Shown: positions 25,970 to 35,140, numbered from the stretch's first letter. The stretch is DNA of 40,088 bases from a virus (IMGVR_UViG_3300038393_000587:1-40088), one strand, 5' to 3'. Made by a program: numbers and translations. The notes: generated by a model from the letters alone, not told the origin.

Positions 25970-26374
25970 TTAGGGTTCCTTTGTTGTCTTTAGGTACTCT
26001 GCAAGACGGTGTATAGTTCTTCTTACTAGCTCGTCTCTGTCTTCGCCGGGGAATTCTCCGGCCAATAAACGAAGCCGCTCAATCTCATCCGCAGCCTTAC
26101 GCATTAAAGGAGTCACCGGATAAGCATCGGCTATTCCCGGATAGATACCGCGCAGATGGTCAACTATGTTAGACGTATCAGCCTTCATCGCAGCAAGTTG
26201 CTCTTTCGTGATCTTGCTCGGTTCAGTCGGGCGCGTCTTGGAGCTTGCCTGCCATGCTTGCCACATCATAGAAACGATGTCGTGATAGTAGCACCACTCT
26301 GAGTCGTTGTAGTCTAGCGGCATGTTCGGCTTGACGTATTTCATCCACCGTTCGAAGTGTTCACGTTTGTTCAC
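25970..26374 (-). CDS. Hypothetical protein
   Basis: Start revised to GTG 26374 (RBS GGAGG); REHFERW...MMWQAWQA and AADEIERLR segments common in phage early proteins. Confidence 0.65.
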   Translation of the reverse strand: MNKREHFERWMKYVKPNMPLDYNDSEWCYYHDIVSMMWQAWQASSKTRPTEPSKITKEQLAAMKADTSNIVDHLRGIYPGIADAYPVTPLMRKAADEIERLRLLAGEFPGEDRDELVRRTIHRLAEYLKTTKEP

Positions 26375-26828
26375 TATTTTCCCTCCAGGGGGCGCCATCG
26401 CGATCAAATAGCGTGGGCGATGAGTGCCAATCGCAGCCCTTGCATTTGTGCCACCAAGCGTTTGGTATTGAAACATGCATGCATTCTGTACCGCATTTGG
26501 GACACGCAACCGGCTCAGCCTCCTGCGCTGGCCGGGCGGATTCAGCCATTTCCTCTTTAATAATCCTTTGCAGTTGATCCACGTTAATACAGATTGTTTG
26601 CGGGTCATCTGGATTGTCCGCATCCAGCTCGCAGATGCGTTGCATAATTTCCCCAACGATACCAAAACGCTCATCCTGCGCTGGCGGGGTCGGGGCGGCT
26701 GCTTGTCCGGCTGCAAATCCCATAGAGTAGGCTCTGTGCATTTGTTTCTCGAACCACCAAGGATGTCCACTCGTGTACCCAGAAACGGGGATACTATTTA
26801 GCCATTCAGCCATCTCAGTATCCCCCAT
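26361..26828 (-). CDS. Hypothetical protein with C-terminal zinc ribbon
   Basis: CPKC...CKGC; start could be 26813. Confidence 0.55.
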   Translation of the reverse strand: MGDTEMAEWLNSIPVSGYTSGHPWWFEKQMHRAYSMGFAAGQAAAPTPPAQDERFGIVGEIMQRICELDADNPDDPQTICINVDQLQRIIKEEMAESARPAQEAEPVACPKCGTECMHVSIPNAWWHKCKGCDWHSSPTLFDRDGAPWRENSEQT

Positions 26829-27138
26829 CCAGTCCCGGGCGTCCCCATCCCTGGTTACGCATGTGCTCTTGGTGTTGCTGGTACTGCAATTGCTGTTGTT
26901 GCTGTTGCAACTGATCCTGTAACTGCTGTTGCTGGTACTGCCGGTTCATGCGCCGCTGTGAACCGTAGGTATCCAGGGGCTCGATTACCTGGGGGATGTA
27001 CACCTTCTGGCTTTGTTCCATGTCGCGCTGCAGTTGGTGGTACGCTGGATTGTCCTTCCAGGATGGTAACTCGGCACGTACCGGCTGAATGAAACTGAAA
27101 GCGGTATATACCGCCAGTGCTATCAGATAAGTTTTCAT
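26815..27138 (-). CDS. Putative secreted glutamine-rich protein
   Basis: Signal-peptide-like MKTYLIALAVYTAFSFIQPVRA; poly-Q tract; ATGA overlap. Confidence 0.6.
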   Translation of the reverse strand: MKTYLIALAVYTAFSFIQPVRAELPSWKDNPAYHQLQRDMEQSQKVYIPQVIEPLDTYGSQRRMNRQYQQQQLQDQLQQQQQQLQYQQHQEHMRNQGWGRPGLDGGY

Positions 27139-27314
27139 TTCATATAATCCTCGTAACAACTCCCGTAAACAGATGACGTATCGCTTAATTGCATCAAGAG
27201 ATTAGCCCTTAAATGCTCTGGTACCCGGCTAAGGTGTTTAGCGACTAGCTGGCTGAATTCTATATAGAATTCATTTCTAATCTCGTTTAGCAAGATCCCC
27301 TCTTCCTCGGTCAT
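27135..27314 (-). CDS. Hypothetical protein
   Basis: Start revised to MTEEEG (ATGA overlap). Confidence 0.5.
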   Translation of the reverse strand: MTEEEGILLNEIRNEFYIEFSQLVAKHLSRVPEHLRANLLMQLSDTSSVYGSCYEDYMK

Positions 27315-27529
27315 CGTCCATTCTCCATTCTGTCCCGCGCCCACTGAACGATCGATTGTACGTCCTTGCCGATGACCCGGTACCGCCGGTCGTGCGCTAC
27401 CTCCCGTTCCATCCGCTTCAAAAACTCCTGTTCGAGAATGCTTAGATAAGGGTGTTCCTTGGCGAATGCTACTAGTTCGGCGTTGGTCATTTCGCGTATG
27501 CGGCTTATTGGTGTTACTTGGGTGTTCAC
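27311..27529 (-). CDS. Hypothetical protein
   Basis: GTGA overlap, RBS AAGGAG. Confidence 0.55.
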   Translation of the reverse strand: MNTQVTPISRIREMTNAELVAFAKEHPYLSILEQEFLKRMEREVAHDRRYRVIGKDVQSIVQWARDRMENGR

Positions 27530-27759
27530 TTCGGGATCTCCTTTAGGTGGTTGAGTTGTTCGAATTCTCGAATGTACAGGGCAGGCTTAGTTACATATCC
27601 CGCACCAGGTATCTTTCTTACGGGCTTGAGTTGTCGGGTGTACGGTATCCCTTTCTTTGGCACCGTTCCGTTCATTACATGCACCTTGTACAGTGCGATA
27701 TCGTCGGGGTTATCTTCGGGCGGTTGAAAATACTGTTTATTTATCCAGTAGCCTATCAC
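27526..27759 (-). CDS. Hypothetical protein
   Basis: GTGA overlap, RBS GGAGG. Confidence 0.55.
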   Translation of the reverse strand: MIGYWINKQYFQPPEDNPDDIALYKVHVMNGTVPKKGIPYTRQLKPVRKIPGAGYVTKPALYIREFEQLNHLKEIPK

Positions 27760-28025
27760 GCCGTAATCCTCCTCTCGGTTTCCGTGGTTACCGGGGTGCG
27801 GCCGGGGCGGATGGGTTGGAGGCGCTTATCCTCGCAAGCGATAACTTGCGTTCCTGGAATGCTTATGCCCGGCCCTTTTACCTCCCAACAGTCGTGTGAT
27901 GTTCCGGGAAAGCCGAAAGGGTCAACCCCATTCACCGTCCCCATGAACTTACCCACAGTCACCATGTAACCGGTGTACGCACCTACCAGCACGACGGCTA
28001 AATCGTTTTCTCTGCAGCGTAACAT
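27756..28025 (-). CDS. Hypothetical protein, possibly KOW/SH3-like
   Basis: CRENDLAVVLVG...G..VTV...DKRLQPIR; RBS AGGAG. Confidence 0.6.
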   Translation of the reverse strand: MLRCRENDLAVVLVGAYTGYMVTVGKFMGTVNGVDPFGFPGTSHDCWEVKGPGISIPGTQVIACEDKRLQPIRPGRTPVTTETERRITA

Positions 28026-28035
28026 TGGTGTTCTC

Positions 28036-28233
28036 CTATCGGTACGTTTCCATCTGTACTTCGGCGTGTGCTACGGCGTCTCCCCATGTCGGCATAAGCC
28101 GTGCGGGGTATTCCTTAACTTCATGTGCTTGGCACTCGCCTTCGTGGCCCCGTGCTATTACAAAACTCTTATCGACCCGGCGGGTTATCTTCACCCATTG
28201 GCCTTTCGCTCGTATCGTCTTTTCTGTTCTCAT
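28036..28233 (-). CDS. Hypothetical protein, first gene of leftward operon
   Basis: 65 aa; downstream of the 28296 promoter; no HTH visible. Confidence 0.55.
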   Translation of the reverse strand: MRTEKTIRAKGQWVKITRRVDKSFVIARGHEGECQAHEVKEYPARLMPTWGDAVAHAEVQMETYR

Positions 28234-28267
28234 CTTCTATCCCCAGTAAATCACTTCCACGGTCCCC

Positions 28268-28296
28268 AATGTATCACTAGATATTGTCCTTGTCAA
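28268..28296 (-). promoter_or_regulatory. Leftward early promoter
   Basis: TTGACA-aggacaatatctagtga(17)-TACATT; 27/29 identical to the 23429-23457 promoter. Confidence 0.75.
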
Positions 28297-28309
28297 CTAC
28301 TTTTATCCC

Positions 28310-28338
28310 TTGATATTAGAGTAACTGCAACCTATCCT
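28310..28338 (+). promoter_or_regulatory. Rightward promoter, TTGATR-TTAGA class
   Basis: TTGATA-17 bp-TATCCT, back-to-back with the leftward promoter. Confidence 0.6.
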
Positions 28339-28367
28339 TACAACCTTCCATATCAGGAGGTACAAAC

Positions 28368-28631
28368 ATGTCCACAAAATTAGGCGAATGGTTGAAACTC
28401 GCAACCAGGGAGCAGCGGGAAGAACTTGCGAAGCGGGCCGGCACTTCTGTCGGATACTTGCGACTATTGGGTTACGGGGTACGCGAGAACCCCAAGGTGC
28501 GGTTGGCGTTGGCTATCAGTAGCGCGACCGTTCATATGGCTTTGGCGTACGGGGAAGCGGTACCGCATCATGTAACCGTACAAGACCTTGCGGAAGTTCC
28601 TGTTGGGAAGAATTCAACAAAGCCTATTTAG
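28368..28631 (+). CDS. Cro/YdaS-like HTH regulator
   Basis: REELAKRAGTSVGYLRLLGYGVR HTH; RBS AGGAGG. Confidence 0.8.
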   Translation: MSTKLGEWLKLATREQREELAKRAGTSVGYLRLLGYGVRENPKVRLALAISSATVHMALAYGEAVPHHVTVQDLAEVPVGKNSTKPI

Positions 28632-28641
28632 GGGTTCGCCC

Positions 28642-30657
28642 ATGACGCTAGACATAGCATTATTGCAGCCCCTTGTTTCCCGTGTGCGGACGGATGTGCA
28701 TTGGCGGAAAAAGAAGGGCGAAGCCCCCAAGATGTTACGGACGCCCTTATCCGAAAGTTTCATAAATTCCCATCTATCGGGCGGATGGTCCGTAGGGTGC
28801 TGCCCCATCAAGGCCGGGGAGTCCACGACGCGGGTAGCTGTCCTGGATTTGGACAGCCACAAGGGGGAGACGAGTTGGGAAGAAATGTGCAAGGCCGTGG
28901 AGTCCCTACCACTTGATACGCTGGGTATGCGCCCTATCGTGTTCAGTTCGTCCGGTGGTAGGGGTATCCACATTTATTTCATTTGGGATGAACCACAGGA
29001 TTGCTACTCGGTGCGGCAACAGCTCCGCACTATCCTGCAGGCCGCCGGGTTCACCGACGGCGCCGGGGGAGTATCCAATAACCAGGTGGAGATTTTCCCC
29101 AAGCAGGACAGCGTACCGCTGGACGGGTTCGGCAACATGTTCATCCTGCCCTATTCCGGCGAGTCCGTGCCCCTCGAGCCCATGGCTGACTACCAGCGAA
29201 TGCCCAAGGACTACCCGGTACAGTGGCCGGTATCTGCTCCCGTGCCGGTGGTTGCCAAGCCGGAGAAGGTGGTATCAGCACCGCCGCAAGGGCTCAACCC
29301 CCGTCTGGTGGAAGCAGTTTCAAGGATAGAGCCTAACCTGCCATACGACCAATGGTTGAAGGTAGGACAAGCTGTACACCATGAAACCAGTGGGGACGTG
29401 AACGGGCTTCTGTTGTGGGATCAATGGAGTTCACCCGGGGGTGACTACCCCGGCTTCGAAGAACTGGAAGCCAAATGGGAAACCTTCGGCCGGTCATCCG
29501 CCCAGCCGGTGACTGCCGGCACCATTTACAAGATGGCCACAGAAGCCGGATGGATCGATACGCCGTCGGCGGATGATTTTGACATCGTAATGGAACCCGC
29601 GGAACCTACCCCGTTCACCCCCCGCTTCAATATCCTGCCGTGGGCAGAGTTCGCCGTCGCTAAACCGTTCACCTGGTTAATCAAGCAGGTAATGCCGAAG
29701 GCCGCTTTAATCGTTATTTACGGGCCACCGGGCGGGGGTAAATCCTTCTGGGTACTGGATGCCGTGAATTCGATCGCCAGGGGCTCGCAGTGGCGCGGAA
29801 AGAAGGTTAACCAGGGCGGTGTACTGTACATATGCGCGGAAGGCGCAGGCGGCTTCAGAAACCGCCTCACAGCGTACGCCCGCCACCACAATGTAGACTC
29901 TACCATGCCTGTTTACGTGCTGGGTGACGCCCCGAACCTTATCAACAAATCGGATACACCGGCACTGCTTAAAGCCGTCGAAGGACTGGGCCCACTATCT
30001 GTGATCGTGGTGGATACCTTCGCCCAAGTCACGCCGGGGAGCAACGAGAACTCATCCGAGGGCGCTGGTTTGGCACTCAAGAACTGCCGCATGTTGCACG
30101 AAAAGACCGGCGCCACCGTGATACTGGTCGCACACAGCGGCAAGGATGCTACGAAAGGGGTTCGGGGTTGGAGTGGTATCAAAGGGGCTTGCGATTGCGA
30201 GATAGAGATTACCCGGGTAGAGGATAGCGACATCCGCATAGCCGCCATTACCAAGCAGAAAGACGGGGAAGACCAGGAACAGAAATACCCTTTCAAGCTG
30301 GTTACTATACCCGTTGGGCAGGACGAGGATGGGGATCCGGTTACGAGTTGCTATGTCGAACACACGGATGAGATACCTGACGGGAGGGAGAAAAAGCCCA
30401 AGATCGGGGAAAATGAAAAGGTATTACTGGACGCGGTAGAGACATATTTTACTGAAAATAACGAGTGGCCGGACGTTGACGCACTCCTAAATAATGCTCT
30501 TGAACTCATGCCGGAATCAAAAACCAAGCCTGCGGGACGAAAATATAACCTGGGCAGGGCGCTAAGAGCCCTCTGCGAACGGGAAATTTTGGAAGAAAAG
30601 GGTGGTTTTGTGTCACTTATGAACGGGAATTTTTCTCCCGTTCAGGATTTACACTAG
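28642..30657 (+). CDS. Primase-helicase (AEP-like N-terminus, PriCT-2, AAA_25/RepA-type ATPase)
   Basis: Start revised to 28642; LDLDSH, SSGGRGIHIY, EIFPKQ; YDQWLKVGQAVH...WDQWS; Walker A GPPGGGKS, Walker B IVVDT, HSGKD. Confidence 0.88.
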   Translation: MTLDIALLQPLVSRVRTDVHWRKKKGEAPKMLRTPLSESFINSHLSGGWSVGCCPIKAGESTTRVAVLDLDSHKGETSWEEMCKAVESLPLDTLGMRPIVFSSSGGRGIHIYFIWDEPQDCYSVRQQLRTILQAAGFTDGAGGVSNNQVEIFPKQDSVPLDGFGNMFILPYSGESVPLEPMADYQRMPKDYPVQWPVSAPVPVVAKPEKVVSAPPQGLNPRLVEAVSRIEPNLPYDQWLKVGQAVHHETSGDVNGLLLWDQWSSPGGDYPGFEELEAKWETFGRSSAQPVTAGTIYKMATEAGWIDTPSADDFDIVMEPAEPTPFTPRFNILPWAEFAVAKPFTWLIKQVMPKAALIVIYGPPGGGKSFWVLDAVNSIARGSQWRGKKVNQGGVLYICAEGAGGFRNRLTAYARHHNVDSTMPVYVLGDAPNLINKSDTPALLKAVEGLGPLSVIVVDTFAQVTPGSNENSSEGAGLALKNCRMLHEKTGATVILVAHSGKDATKGVRGWSGIKGACDCEIEITRVEDSDIRIAAITKQKDGEDQEQKYPFKLVTIPVGQDEDGDPVTSCYVEHTDEIPDGREKKPKIGENEKVLLDAVETYFTENNEWPDVDALLNNALELMPESKTKPAGRKYNLGRALRALCEREILEEKGGFVSLMNGNFSPVQDLH

Positions 30658-30776
30658 GTCTCACGGTCTCAACTGGTCTCATGAGACTCGTGAGACTAAC
30701 CCGCAAAATTCAAAAAAGGTCTCATCTCACTCATATACCCTTTAGGGTATGAGTGAGTGAGACCATGAATGAGACC
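30657..30776. repeat. GGTCTCA/TGAGAC iteron cluster with long inverted repeat; putative replication origin
   Basis: GGTCTCA at 30657, 30665, 30675, 30718; TGAGAC at 30682, 30691, 30758, 30770; imperfect palindrome 30718-30764; directly after primase. Confidence 0.7.
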
Positions 30777-30912
30777 AAAAACGAGATGAGAAACCTGAAC
30801 TGGAAGAATTTTCCAATTTGGCACCAAGGCGGTGATAATTTCATGGTGCCATAAAACAGATTGAAAGTAATACTTGTAACAAGTTATTCTTGTAAACGAA
30901 TTGCGGACAGTG

Positions 30913-30941
30913 TTGATATTAGAATAGAACTAGTGCAGTAT
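30913..30941 (+). promoter_or_regulatory. Candidate promoter, TTGATR-TTAGA class
   Basis: TTGATATTAGAATAGAAC matches the 5450 site at 17/18; the -10 (CAGTAT) is weak. Confidence 0.45.
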
Positions 30942-30977
30942 CAGGAGACTAGGACACGAATAGGGGACGCAAAACCG

Positions 30978-31565
30978 ATGGTAAAACTATTTGGTATAAG
31001 CTCGGAGACCGACGAACTCTTATGGGCGTTTATCGCGTACCAAGCCGAGGAATACGACAAGAGGTATCGGTACGGCGCTATGGAATCGGACATAGTCGAA
31101 GTACTGAAAATGGCGTTGGTGCGCATGCCAAACGCCGGCAGGTTTTTCCCAGGCATACCGGTTAACCGCGAATTAGACACTATCGTTTTCGAAATGCGTT
31201 TCCAATTCGGCAGGGCGGACATAGTTATGTTTCATGTAGACGGCTCGGCGACAGTGGTCGAAGTCAAGAACGGTTCGAATGGGTATAACAGTGTTGCTTC
31301 CGGGATCGGACAAGCGAACTTGTACGCCGCACAGCTCGCGAACGCGAGGAATAGCCTCACGAAGGTACGTAAATGTTTGTTGTGGACATCCACCGGGAAT
31401 TCGGCGGAGGACGCAGCGATAGTTAGTGCGTGCGAATTAGCGGGAGTTGTGCCGGCCCTGATCGGACGAACAGCAAATAGCCTAATGGCCGTCATGGACG
31501 CTATGGGCAGTGCGATGCAAAACGTACGTTTGGAATTGGAAGCGATACTCCGTGACCAAAAGTAG
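30978..31565 (+). CDS. PD-(D/E)xK nuclease-fold protein
   Basis: Start revised to ATG 30978; E...GRADIV...VEVK...GIGQANLY (QxxxY). Confidence 0.7.
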   Translation: MVKLFGISSETDELLWAFIAYQAEEYDKRYRYGAMESDIVEVLKMALVRMPNAGRFFPGIPVNRELDTIVFEMRFQFGRADIVMFHVDGSATVVEVKNGSNGYNSVASGIGQANLYAAQLANARNSLTKVRKCLLWTSTGNSAEDAAIVSACELAGVVPALIGRTANSLMAVMDAMGSAMQNVRLELEAILRDQK

Positions 31566-32202
31566 AGACATAGACTGGGACAGCGTGGAGCTACATTACC
31601 GCGCCGGTATACGGTCGTTAAAGTCTATCGGGGCCGAGTTTGGAGTAACAGACGCGGGGATAATTCGGCGGGCGCAGAAAGAAGGCTGGGTACGCGACCT
31701 GCGGGACCGGATAAAAGCCAGGACCGAAGAAAAGCTACAAAAGTTAAATAGTCCGGAGAAGTTAGTTAGCGAAGAATTAGTGGTTGAGTCGAACGCTAAC
31801 GACCAGGTACGGGTTTCGTTGGAGAACAGGGACGACGTACAGCGGCTTCTAAACCTGATCTATAACCTGCTATCGGAACTGGAAGAGAGCACCAGAAACA
31901 AACCGCTTTTCGAACAACTGGGCGTGTTGATGGAAGCGCCCGACGAAAAAGGCGTGGACAAGTTAAACGAGATATACCGGAAGACGATTAGCCTTCCTAG
32001 CCGCGTCAAGGCAATGAAGGACTTAACCGATGCTCTCAAAACACTAATCGGCTTGAAGCGGCAAGCCTACGGACTGGCCGACAACGCGAACGGAGAAGCG
32101 AACAGCGAACAGAAAGCCGAGATCAGCGATACGGAAGCCGCACGCCGGATAGCGTTCGTGTTTGCAAGCGCAATGCATAAAAAGGAGGTCGCAAATGGTT
32201 GA
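31552..32202 (+). CDS. terS: Terminase small subunit-like protein
   Basis: GTG start; DWDSVELHYRAGIRSLKSIGAEFGVTDAGIIRRAQKEGW HTH, helical body, LKRQAYGL. Confidence 0.7.
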   Translation: MTKSRDIDWDSVELHYRAGIRSLKSIGAEFGVTDAGIIRRAQKEGWVRDLRDRIKARTEEKLQKLNSPEKLVSEELVVESNANDQVRVSLENRDDVQRLLNLIYNLLSELEESTRNKPLFEQLGVLMEAPDEKGVDKLNEIYRKTISLPSRVKAMKDLTDALKTLIGLKRQAYGLADNANGEANSEQKAEISDTEAARRIAFVFASAMHKKEVANG

Positions 32203-32623
32203 CAGAACCCGTATATCGATCATGCCGGCAACTATCCACGGGATTGATGTAAACGGCAATCCAGAGCCCCAAAAAAGCACTAGCAACGCGGTACACGTCC
32301 TGGACGTAGCACAGCACCCCGGGGAGGATTCGACATTCGATCGCACTTACGGCGGAAGGATGCCGGCGTCCAAGTCTGCTCTCACGGTTACGGGACAAGT
32401 AGGTGCGGCCGGGGCGAGGAAATACCATGGCTACGTGGTTACCGGTGCTTTGAGTGCCGCCGCCATTACACTGTACGACGGCACCGGCGCGACGGGAACG
32501 GTTATTGACGTTATACCTGCCTCTACTGCCCCAGGATCATTCAGGGAGTGCGCTATCCCGTGTTCCATCGGGATTTACGCGAGCTTTGGCGGCACGGGAA
32601 CTGTGCTGTTCCTGTATAGCTAA
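32195..32623 (+). CDS. Putative virion accessory protein
   Basis: ATG 32195 with AGGAGG RBS; small G/A/T-rich beta protein ending GIYASFGGTGTVLFLYS. Confidence 0.55.
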   Translation: MVDRTRISIMPATIHGIDVNGNPEPQKSTSNAVHVLDVAQHPGEDSTFDRTYGGRMPASKSALTVTGQVGAAGARKYHGYVVTGALSAAAITLYDGTGATGTVIDVIPASTAPGSFRECAIPCSIGIYASFGGTGTVLFLYS

Positions 32624-34254
32624 TGGCTACCTGGTACGTTAGGCCCGATACAAGCCATAGCGCCACCCGCAATGGCACGTCGTACTCTTCGGCCTGGGGC
32701 GGGTGGGGTGAGCTTGTCTGGGGTGCAAGCGGGGTTAATGCTGGCGATACGCTCTACCTTTGCGGCGCACACGCTTACACAGTGCAGACCATTGTGGGTG
32801 CTCACGGCGCAACTTCCGACACCAACAGGACAACGATTCGCGGTGACTACGCGGCTGACCCCGGAACGATAGCCTTTAGTGTGGCAGGCTGGCTTGACGC
32901 TGGCCCCAAGTACACCACGTTTAAATCACTCTCCATAACAAGCACCGCATCCGGGTATAGCTGTTTGTATGTATCGGCATCAGATGGTGTTGTGGTGGAT
33001 GGCTGTACGCTTGTCGGTGGATACACAGGCGTTGGCACTTACGGCGGAACCGTCTTTGCATCCCTCACAGTCAAAAATAATGTTGTACACGGCCAAGAGT
33101 TGACGGGTATCGGGTATGACCTGACGGTTGCATCAAGCACTGCGACGAATATCGTCATTACTGGAAACACAGTTTATAGCACCGGCCTGTACGGAATACA
33201 GCTCACTGTCTCATCTACAAATTCCGCGTGGGCAAGCTCCCTCCTGAATAATTGCCTTGTTGCCAACAATACGGTTCACGATACACCGGGAACCCCCATA
33301 TTGCTGCGGAGCTGCAATAGCGACGCGGTAACGGCTCCATCGGTTTACTCATCTGGCCTTGTGGTATCCGGCAACACCATTTATGACTGCGGCACCATAG
33401 CGGGAGACAACGGAAATCATGGCGGAATGGCTGTGTCCGGGTTTGTGAGCCCATTAATCACTGGCAACACCGTGCGCGACTGCTATGTTACCGGCGCCGG
33501 AATTCAGACTGCAAAGAACAAGTACGCACTCATCACGTTTAATACTATCTCGGGCATAAGATCTGGCACTCCTACAGCATCTTTCCAAAACGGTTTTCCG
33601 ATAGATGGGAATGGGATTTTCTTCGATGACCTGTCTGTAGGAGGCTTAGCTTACGGCAATTACATATCAAATCTGGTGAGTACCGGAAACCCGAATAGTG
33701 GGACAGGGTTGTCGTTCTGGACTGCTACCGGTTCCCGGTTTGTTGGTAACGTCGTGGTGGATTGTTATGTCGGCGCGAATTACGGGCATGCTTCCGAGAC
33801 AGACAACCAGATACTCAACAATACGTTTATAAACTGCACTATCGGCGTAACCAAGATCGGCACATCCGCGCAGGCTGGCAACGTGACGGCCAAGAACAAC
33901 ATTTTGCACCACTGCACAACCGGATTCTCCATGGGCGCTAACCCATCCATCACGGCGGATTACAACAACGTCTACGGTCATGTCACAGCGTACTCGGGCA
34001 TATCAGCCGGGGCGAACGACAAGACGGTAGACCCACTACTCACTACCTATTACAAGCCGACCGCCGCTTCGCTACTCGCATCCGCCAGCCCGTTAGACGG
34101 CCTAGATTTCTACGGCATCCCGTTTAAATCAACGCCTAATTTCGGGGCGGTCGAAACCACTACACCCAGATCCGCAAGCAGCCGCACCGCAGTAGACAGC
34201 ACCCTTAGACCCGTGAGTACACGGGTAGCGGTAAGGAGGGGGGCCACACAGTAA
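32623..34254 (+). CDS. Right-handed beta-helix (pectin lyase-like) protein
   Basis: Repeated [VI]xGNT[VI]xD / NN ladders; N-terminal TWYVRP...NGTS...AW...AGDTLYL; C-terminal DPLL...PNFGAVE. Confidence 0.8.
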   Translation: MATWYVRPDTSHSATRNGTSYSSAWGGWGELVWGASGVNAGDTLYLCGAHAYTVQTIVGAHGATSDTNRTTIRGDYAADPGTIAFSVAGWLDAGPKYTTFKSLSITSTASGYSCLYVSASDGVVVDGCTLVGGYTGVGTYGGTVFASLTVKNNVVHGQELTGIGYDLTVASSTATNIVITGNTVYSTGLYGIQLTVSSTNSAWASSLLNNCLVANNTVHDTPGTPILLRSCNSDAVTAPSVYSSGLVVSGNTIYDCGTIAGDNGNHGGMAVSGFVSPLITGNTVRDCYVTGAGIQTAKNKYALITFNTISGIRSGTPTASFQNGFPIDGNGIFFDDLSVGGLAYGNYISNLVSTGNPNSGTGLSFWTATGSRFVGNVVVDCYVGANYGHASETDNQILNNTFINCTIGVTKIGTSAQAGNVTAKNNILHHCTTGFSMGANPSITADYNNVYGHVTAYSGISAGANDKTVDPLLTTYYKPTAASLLASASPLDGLDFYGIPFKSTPNFGAVETTTPRSASSRTAVDSTLRPVSTRVAVRRGATQ

Positions 34255-34321
34255 CCGCCACCAGTCGGCCACTGGCAAGCACAAGCAATGCCGTAAATTC
34301 GGCGTATAAGGAGTACACACC

Positions 34322-35116
34322 ATGGCAAGAATACTCACATCGCTTCACGGCAAACTGTTGGGACTGGACGATCAGGCCCGTTTGATCGCACCCAAGGGGA
34401 TCCTGTCCGGGGTACACGGTTCGCAAATCGCACATTCATCCCCCACTACGGTAGCCTGGTTCGAGGATTTCCTGGGCGATGTCATCCCGGACCAGATCAA
34501 CTTCGTTGAAGGCACCGATTCCGCTACTTCCGACTTCGCGGTATTGGCAAGCGGGAACGGCGGCATTGGCCGGTTCACTACTGGCGATGCCGGAACGGGA
34601 TTGGCGGCTGACATGCCGCAGATTACCCAATACCTGAACTGGAAAGCAGCGAACGGCAATCTGTGTTTCGAAGTCCGCTTCAAGATGTCCCGGATCACAA
34701 ATGCCTATGCGTTCCTTGGGTTTACGGATGTCGGTTCGTTGGAAGCCCCCATCGTTTCAGCCGCGAGCGCGGATACCATTACCACGACTGCCACGGATGC
34801 CGTAGGGTTCATGTTCGATACTCGCATGGCGACAGCGAAATGGTGGCTGGTAGGCGTTGCTAATGACGTGGACGCCACCGCGCAGAACAGCACGTTCGCA
34901 CCCGTAGCAGACACGTACGGTACTTTCCGTATCGAGTTGACCGCAACCGGGGTAGCAACGTTTTACCGTAACGGCGTGCAAGTGGGCGTATCGATGAGCG
35001 GGGCAGTTACCCCCAGCATCGCACTTACCCCCACGGTAGCAGTTGGCAACACCAGCGGCACGAGCAGCTTCACTGCGGATCTGGATTACATCCACACCAG
35101 CATGACCCGCGTCTAA
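34322..35116 (+). CDS. Putative structural protein, beta-sandwich/lectin-like
   Basis: RBS AAGGAG; WFEDFLG...FEVRFK...FRIEL...TFYRNGV...DLDYI. Confidence 0.55.
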   Translation: MARILTSLHGKLLGLDDQARLIAPKGILSGVHGSQIAHSSPTTVAWFEDFLGDVIPDQINFVEGTDSATSDFAVLASGNGGIGRFTTGDAGTGLAADMPQITQYLNWKAANGNLCFEVRFKMSRITNAYAFLGFTDVGSLEAPIVSAASADTITTTATDAVGFMFDTRMATAKWWLVGVANDVDATAQNSTFAPVADTYGTFRIELTATGVATFYRNGVQVGVSMSGAVTPSIALTPTVAVGNTSGTSSFTADLDYIHTSMTRV

Positions 35117-35140
35117 AAAGAACTCACAAGGTTCGACTGA

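Noticed and set aside
30657-30776. GGTCTC (BsaI) sites as cloning scars
   Set aside because: Clustered, overlapping the primase stop and embedded in a natural palindrome, with no vector sequence; better explained as iterons.
30819-30851. Lambda-operator-like half site GCGGTGATA within a weak TGGCACC/GGTGCCA inverted repeat
   Set aside because: Single copy with wrong symmetry spacing and no CI gene; likely chance or part of a weak promoter.
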